A stretch of DNA of 11,785 nt from IMG/VR virus record IMGVR_UViG_3300020047_013230; one strand, 5' to 3'. Positions 7,206 through 11,785 of the stretch are shown piece after piece (the stretch's first letter is position 1; each line of letters opens with the position of its first letter). Below the pieces are notes generated by a model. That model saw only the letters and a program-made list of their open reading frames with translations. It was not told the origin of the DNA and made no database searches. This stretch comes from a virus. Both the position numbers and the translations under genes were made by a program.

Positions 7206-7236
7206 CAAATGTAAGAATAGTAAATGAGAATGTCAA
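7206..7236 (-). promoter_or_regulatory. Bacteroidota-type promoter (unit A)
   Basis: Minus strand TTG-N20-TACATTTG, context cTTGACATTC...TACATTTGCAT; same architecture as units B and C. Confidence 0.72.
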
Positions 7237-7255
7237 GCTTTTTCTAAAAAACTTT

Positions 7256-7447
7256 TTAAACTTGTAATTCCTGATGTACAAAATCATAAGCTTTCTCTTG
7301 TTTCTTCATATCTGATTTCAACTTATTCAAAGCTGTAAAGAATTCTCCACAAGGAATATAGCTTCCCTGTTTCAAGTTATCAAGTGTTCCTGTATAAGCT
7401 GTTACAGGATGAAAACTTTCCATTAGTTCAATTAGTTTCTGTTCCAT
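7256..7447 (-). CDS. Small hypothetical phage protein (63 aa)
   Basis: Last ORF of tightly overlapping minus-strand operon. Confidence 0.65.
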   Translation of the reverse strand: MEQKLIELMESFHPVTAYTGTLDNLKQGSYIPCGEFFTALNKLKSDMKKQEKAYDFVHQELQV

Positions 7448-7650
7448 AAATCATTAAGTTCTTTGTTAATTGATTCATTACTATCTTTCAATGTTTCCAC
7501 TTCTTCAACAAGAAGCTTCACAATTTCTATCAATTCTCCTACAGCATTAGAAGCATAAAATCCTGATTCATATTCTTCATGAGTAGAATAGAAATATCTC
7601 ACACTTTCTTTCTCAATTCTTTCTAATATTTCTTCAATTTTCTTATTCAT
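7432..7650 (-). CDS. Small hypothetical phage protein (72 aa), coiled-coil-like
   Basis: Overlaps neighbours by 16 and 4 nt; heptad-rich LVEEVETLKDSNESINKELNDL. Confidence 0.7.
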   Translation of the reverse strand: MNKKIEEILERIEKESVRYFYSTHEEYESGFYASNAVGELIEIVKLLVEEVETLKDSNESINKELNDLWNRN

Positions 7651-7877
7651 TTTTCGATTTTAATTTTCAACGTGAGTTCTACACCAAATGGATACATATA
7701 AGTGAATGAAGTAAGTCCTTTCAATCTTTCATGATTTTCATAATTAATAGGAACAATCAAATCTGTTACTATTTCTTCAAATTCCCAATTAAATACTTCT
7801 ACTTCTACTTTGATGATTTCTCTTGGGATCACTTCTCTCAATGAAAGAAGTTTTGCTTTCAATATATGTGGATTCAT
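7647..7877 (-). CDS. Small hypothetical phage protein (76 aa)
   Basis: 4-nt overlaps on both sides within the operon. Confidence 0.7.
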   Translation of the reverse strand: MNPHILKAKLLSLREVIPREIIKVEVEVFNWEFEEIVTDLIVPINYENHERLKGLTSFTYMYPFGVELTLKIKIEK

Positions 7878-8161
7878 TTTTCTTTTAGTTGTTTAATTCT
7901 ATCTTCTAAAAGTATTGGAGAATCCTTTTCTTTGTAGTAAGAATCCCAAGAAACTTGTTCTTTTAAAGAGTTTTGTTTGTCCACCAAACTTTCAACTTCT
8001 TTTTGAGTTTTTCCTAAAGGATTCTCATCTATTTCTTTTATATCTCCTTTCAATTTTTTAACAAAACTTTCCCAAGAATTGTGTCTCTTATTCTTTTCTT
8101 CCTGACTGACTATTTCACCAGAAACAGCAGCTTTCATTTCTTCAAAACTATTGTATTTCAT
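7874..8161 (-). CDS. Small hypothetical phage protein (95 aa), highly charged
   Basis: 4-nt overlap downstream, 1-nt TAATG overlap upstream. Confidence 0.7.
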   Translation of the reverse strand: MKYNSFEEMKAAVSGEIVSQEEKNKRHNSWESFVKKLKGDIKEIDENPLGKTQKEVESLVDKQNSLKEQVSWDSYYKEKDSPILLEDRIKQLKEK

Positions 8162-8346
8162 TATTGTGTTCGTTTAAAATCATTAATCAATGTGTTCATA
8201 AATTCCAATTCTGCTTCCACTTCACTTCTTCTGTCCAACTCCACTACATCTTTAATAGCATCAACAGAATGAATACAAACTTTGTGTTTAGCTACAAGCA
8301 ATTTGTACTCTTCTAAAAATTCAATCTTTCTTTGCTCAAGTGTCAT
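8161..8346 (-). CDS. Small hypothetical phage protein (61 aa)
   Basis: TAATG and ATGA overlaps with neighbouring ORFs. Confidence 0.68.
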   Translation of the reverse strand: MTLEQRKIEFLEEYKLLVAKHKVCIHSVDAIKDVVELDRRSEVEAELEFMNTLINDFKRTQ

Positions 8347-8603
8347 TTTCTATTTATCAAATCTAACACATTTATCAATTCCTTTTCACTGTAAATACTT
8401 CCTCTAAAATATACAGCATAAGACTCTCTTGAATTAGCTTCTGGGGCTTTCTCAATCATTTTCACTACATACCCATTAAATTTAGTAGTGTATTCACAAT
8501 TCACTATCCAATTGTCTTTTGTGAAATACTTAAAATCATTGTCAAGATAGTCAGAGTAGTAGGGTTTCCATCCTAATAGTTCAAATGTTTGTGTCGTTAT
8601 CAT
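8343..8603 (-). CDS. Small hypothetical phage protein (86 aa), first gene of minus-strand operon
   Basis: ATGA overlap with the next gene; putative promoter 55 nt upstream. Confidence 0.72.
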   Translation of the reverse strand: MITTQTFELLGWKPYYSDYLDNDFKYFTKDNWIVNCEYTTKFNGYVVKMIEKAPEANSRESYAVYFRGSIYSEKELINVLDLINRK

Positions 8604-8657
8604 TTGTTAGTAATAGTGTTTTAGATATTTATTTTCATGTACTTCACTAAATCAATA

Positions 8658-8688
8658 CAAATATCTGTTATATTCACAACTTTTCAAA
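8658..8688 (-). promoter_or_regulatory. Putative Bacteroidota-type promoter for minus-strand operon
   Basis: Minus strand TTTG-N19-GATATTTG, near-match to TTTG-N19/20-TAnnTTTG. Confidence 0.45.
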
Positions 8689-8700
8689 GCTTTTTACAAA

Positions 8701-11160
8701 ATGAATTTCAATAAATTTCAATTTGCAGGAAAACCACAAGCTCCTGTTCTTGCTGAAAAAGGAGAAGTGTTCAAAACTCCTGATGGTGACATACAGCAAA
8801 TAGCTTCTCATGCTCCTTCTCATGATGATGGAGAGCAAATAAATCAGTTTGGTATAAGACCCACCGCTAAAGGAAATGGTGGTGTTGTAGTGGATGCTGA
8901 CAGTGTTCTCTCTGATTCGTACTCACAAGTGAGCACTGGAAACAGAAAGAATTCTATGAAAGAACAGATTGTTAAAATCAAAGCAGAAGAAGGAGAAATC
9001 ATTGCTTCTCAATTAGGATTGGATATTAGATTGAAGAAAGCTGTTTCTCCATCAAAGCTGTTCTTAGAAATTCAGGAAGCTAAAGATAAGATTGCTCTCA
9101 AGATTATGAAAGCTTCTGAGAAAACACAGAAGACAAGGGAATCAAGTAATGCTCTCGAAGCTAATCAAGCACAATTAATGTCTCTTCCAACAGATGAAGA
9201 AATATATGAAGCTGTTTTCCATACACAGGAAGAAAAGAAAGAAAGCAGTGGAATTGATTTTGAAGCTACAGAAAATTCTCAATATGGAGGAGCGCATTAC
9301 AATAAGAATTTAAACTATATCCTTCCTAATTCTTTATTAGATGAAAAAAATGAGGATGTAGAAGAACCTGTATTTAAGTTAAAGAAGAAGGAAATAAAAG
9401 GAGATAAAAGAAACGGTTATAGTGCTTATGAACAGAATGGTGAGATATATATGGATAATATCAATGATGAACCCATCAAACAACATGAAACATTTCACTA
9501 TTTAAGAAGTAAAGGATATTTTTCTCCAAGAGAGCAAGCAATTGAGAATGAATTATTAGATGGTTCAATCTACTCTCCATTAGATAAAAATAAACTCAAT
9601 TCTGATATTTATTCTCCAGAAGAACTTGCTGCTCGTTTCCATTCTATAAGTGGTTATTTACCTAATAATTACAAAGAAGAAGATTTTAAAAAACTTTGGG
9701 AAACAGGAAAAGATTTACAGATACAAGATTTAAAACAAGTGATACCTTATGATAAAGCCTTGTATTATATGAATAATTATCATCCTTCTAAAATGCAAAT
9801 GGGAGGAATGGTTTCTAAAGATTCAAGTAATCTAAAAGAAATTAAAAAACAAAGAGATTGGTTGAGGGCTTGGTACGGAGAAAGAGATATAGTTACTGAA
9901 CCAATCGAAATATTTGAAAATGAATTGAAGAGTGTTAATGGTTCAAAAACTAAAGACCCTGAGATATTAAAACAAAATGAAGAATTTAGAGAGTGGGGTA
10001 AAAAAACAAATTTTGATGTATCAGCATATTATCACACTCCTTCTGATAGAAGTGTTTTTCTTAAAGATGTAACTGGAACTACTGACCCTATACACGAATT
10101 TACACATAGCATAGATAATAATTATGGTGATAACATCGGGACTTTTAATTCTATAAACCCATTTCACCCATTAAAAACTGATTACACTAAATTAGGAGTA
10201 AAACCTATAAAAGAAAATGATTATTTTACCAATACAGAAGAAACTTATGCGCGTTTAAATGAAGCAAGATATAGTTCAGGTTATGCTGCAAATTATAAAC
10301 CTACTTTAGAAGATATTAAAGAACAAAGAAGATTAAATAAAAAAAATAAACCAAAAGCATATAATCATTTATTTGACTATTATGATGATAATTCTATTAT
10401 GCAAATGTGGAATGGATTGTCTGATACAAGGTTTGAAGAAAGTAGTGTTGAAAATCCAATGTTGCAATCTACTGCTAAATATGGAATTAAGAAACAATTT
10501 GGAGGAAGTACTTATGTAAATAGAGAGCAGAAAATTCCTTTTATAAAACCTTCTGCTCCTGTAATGAGAAAGAATCTAATGAATTCTTTAGGGGTGAGAA
10601 ATGTATCTACTTCTTACTATCCCGAAATGGAAAAAGATGTACAAGATATGATTTCTATGAAGAATGAGGATTTATACAATAAAGAAGAGCGTAAGCGTAT
10701 GAGAGAACAAGTGTTAAATGATCTTTCAGCACAAAATACAATTTATGAATTAGCAGGAAAACCTAATATAGGATTTTTTAACGATGGTAGTGCTTCTTTG
10801 TTTGGAAAAGCAACTCAAAAGATATTAGGGAAAAATAGAGCTAATTATGACGTACTCACTAATACAATGAATGTTAGAAGAGGAAAAGAAAGTGATTTTT
10901 TTGCAGAAATCGCTCATGCTATTCCCGGAAATGTAAATACTTTATCAGACAATGTACGAAGACCGTTTAGTGATATTTATGAAGATGGATATAGTTTTGA
11001 ATATGGTACTCATAAAATAGTAGAACCAGAATTGAGAAAAACTTATAATTGGATAGCAAGTGGTGGAGATAAAACAAATAACGAGGAGTTAAAGAAATTT
11101 GCAGTGAAAAAACAATTTGGAGGAAGTTCTTCTATTCTAAAACAACTCCAATTATTATGA
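8701..11160 (+). CDS. 819-aa phage protein with conserved crAss-like N-terminus and three HExxH-type metallopeptidase-like modules
   Basis: N-terminus FAGKPQAPVLAEKGEVFKTPDGDIQQIASHAPSHDDGEQINQFGIRPTAKGNGGVVVDADSVLSD; HETFH (codon 262), HEFTH (codon 465) with downstream NTEETYARLNE, degenerate AEIAH (codons 735-739); modules separated by QYGG/QMGG/QFGG/QFGG. Confidence 0.85.
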   Translation: MNFNKFQFAGKPQAPVLAEKGEVFKTPDGDIQQIASHAPSHDDGEQINQFGIRPTAKGNGGVVVDADSVLSDSYSQVSTGNRKNSMKEQIVKIKAEEGEIIASQLGLDIRLKKAVSPSKLFLEIQEAKDKIALKIMKASEKTQKTRESSNALEANQAQLMSLPTDEEIYEAVFHTQEEKKESSGIDFEATENSQYGGAHYNKNLNYILPNSLLDEKNEDVEEPVFKLKKKEIKGDKRNGYSAYEQNGEIYMDNINDEPIKQHETFHYLRSKGYFSPREQAIENELLDGSIYSPLDKNKLNSDIYSPEELAARFHSISGYLPNNYKEEDFKKLWETGKDLQIQDLKQVIPYDKALYYMNNYHPSKMQMGGMVSKDSSNLKEIKKQRDWLRAWYGERDIVTEPIEIFENELKSVNGSKTKDPEILKQNEEFREWGKKTNFDVSAYYHTPSDRSVFLKDVTGTTDPIHEFTHSIDNNYGDNIGTFNSINPFHPLKTDYTKLGVKPIKENDYFTNTEETYARLNEARYSSGYAANYKPTLEDIKEQRRLNKKNKPKAYNHLFDYYDDNSIMQMWNGLSDTRFEESSVENPMLQSTAKYGIKKQFGGSTYVNREQKIPFIKPSAPVMRKNLMNSLGVRNVSTSYYPEMEKDVQDMISMKNEDLYNKEERKRMREQVLNDLSAQNTIYELAGKPNIGFFNDGSASLFGKATQKILGKNRANYDVLTNTMNVRRGKESDFFAEIAHAIPGNVNTLSDNVRRPFSDIYEDGYSFEYGTHKIVEPELRKTYNWIASGGDKTNNEELKKFAVKKQFGGSSSILKQLQLL

Positions 11161-11357
11161 ACATGTTTGAAGAATGGAGAATAAGTCAATTGATTTCTCC
11201 TTCCCATTTGTTTAAGAGTTTAGAAGAAGCAAAGGAATTTTTGGAAATTTCTGCTACTGTAAGAGATTTGGAATGTTTTTTGGAAGTGTGTGAAGAAGAG
11301 GAGTTGTATGAGTATTGTTCAATTATAAATGATAAAATCAATGAAAAAACAAACTAA
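11157..11357 (+). CDS. Small acidic hypothetical protein (66 aa)
   Basis: ATGA overlap with upstream stop; charged, E-rich composition. Confidence 0.72.
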   Translation: MNMFEEWRISQLISPSHLFKSLEEAKEFLEISATVRDLECFLEVCEEEELYEYCSIINDKINEKTN

Positions 11358-11433
11358 AACTCTAGCACCAAAAAAACCTGTTCCTTCTATGAAATACGGA
11401 GGAATGAAAAAGGGTAGTGGTAAAAAATGTTAA
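11341..11433 (+). CDS. Short basic peptide (30 aa: MKKQTKTLAPKKPVPSMKYGGMKKGSGKKC)
   Basis: Complete small ORF overlapping the previous one by 17 nt, followed after 11 nt by the LysM ORF; carries the same YGG motif as neighbouring proteins. Confidence 0.5.
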   Translation: MKKQTKTLAPKKPVPSMKYGGMKKGSGKKC

Positions 11434-11444
11434 TATAATTAAAA

Positions 11445-11785
11445 ATGACTAAATACAAAGTTAAATCAGGAGATAATTTAAGTTTAATAGCTAAACAAAA
11501 TAATGTATCTGTTGAAGATTTAATTAGTGCTAATAATATAAAAGATAAAAATAAAATAAGCATTAATCAAGAGCTAATAATTCCTGAAAGTAAAAGATTA
11601 GAGGGTAAAGAATATGTTATAAAAAAGGGAGATACTCTTTACGATATATCTAAAAAATTTAATGTAGGAGTTAATGCTGTTAAAAAAGCAAATGAAATAA
11701 AATCAGATGATATTTTTGCAGGAGATAAAATTGTAATTCCAGAAAATTTATCAAAAGCTATTATTAAAGAAAATAAAAACTTAAA
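11445..11785 (+). CDS. LysM-repeat protein (at least two LysM domains), 3'-truncated by window
   Basis: Read directly from sequence: YKVKSGDNLSLIAKQNNVSVEDLISANNIKDKNKISINQELIIP and YVIKKGDTLYDISKKFNVGVNAVKKANEIKSDDIFAGDKIVIP, both matching the LysM pattern; open to the window end. Confidence 0.9.
   Translation, partial: MTKYKVKSGDNLSLIAKQNNVSVEDLISANNIKDKNKISINQELIIPESKRLEGKEYVIKKGDTLYDISKKFNVGVNAVKKANEIKSDDIFAGDKIVIPENLSKAIIKENKNL

Noticed and set aside
8081-8272. Plus-strand 63-aa ORF
   Set aside because: Antisense to two well-packed operon genes.
1-11785. CRISPR array, diversity-generating retroelement or transposon
   Set aside because: No regularly spaced direct repeats, no reverse transcriptase or transposase coding capacity, and no template/variable repeat pair was seen by eye.

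Overview
The window looks like part of a crAss-like / Bacteroidota tailed-phage genome (assigned from protein character and gene order, no database search). Left: a plus-strand structural block, made of a large ORF truncated by the window start (3-3665), a 390-aa protein (3670-4842) and three small tightly packed ORFs (4842-5794). Middle: a 2.8-kb minus-strand island (5801-8603). It holds six small overlapping CDSs, ten tRNA genes I could fold by hand (Pro-UGG, Gln-UUG, His-GUG, Trp-CCA, Lys-UUU, Asp-GUC, Thr-UGU, Gly-UCC, Asn-GUU, Phe-GAA), and three unannotated units. Each unit is a near-identical Bacteroidota-type promoter (TTGAC-like plus TAnnTTTG, 20-nt spacing, followed by CAT), then a structured non-coding stretch of about 130-190 nt, then a Rho-independent terminator. 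Two of these units sit directly upstream of tRNA groups. Right: a plus-strand 819-aa protein (8701-11160) that looks like three tandem zinc-metallopeptidase-like modules (HETFH, HEFTH, degenerate AEIAH) bounded by Q-[YMF/F]-G-G motifs, then two small ORFs and a LysM-repeat protein that runs off the window (11445 onward, absent from the ORF track). Main items for follow-up: the promoter-sRNA-terminator units embedded in the tRNA array; phage tRNAs with non-canonical T-loops, including an apparent C19:G56 swap of the elbow pair in tRNA-Asn; and the three-module HExxH/GG polyprotein-like ORF.
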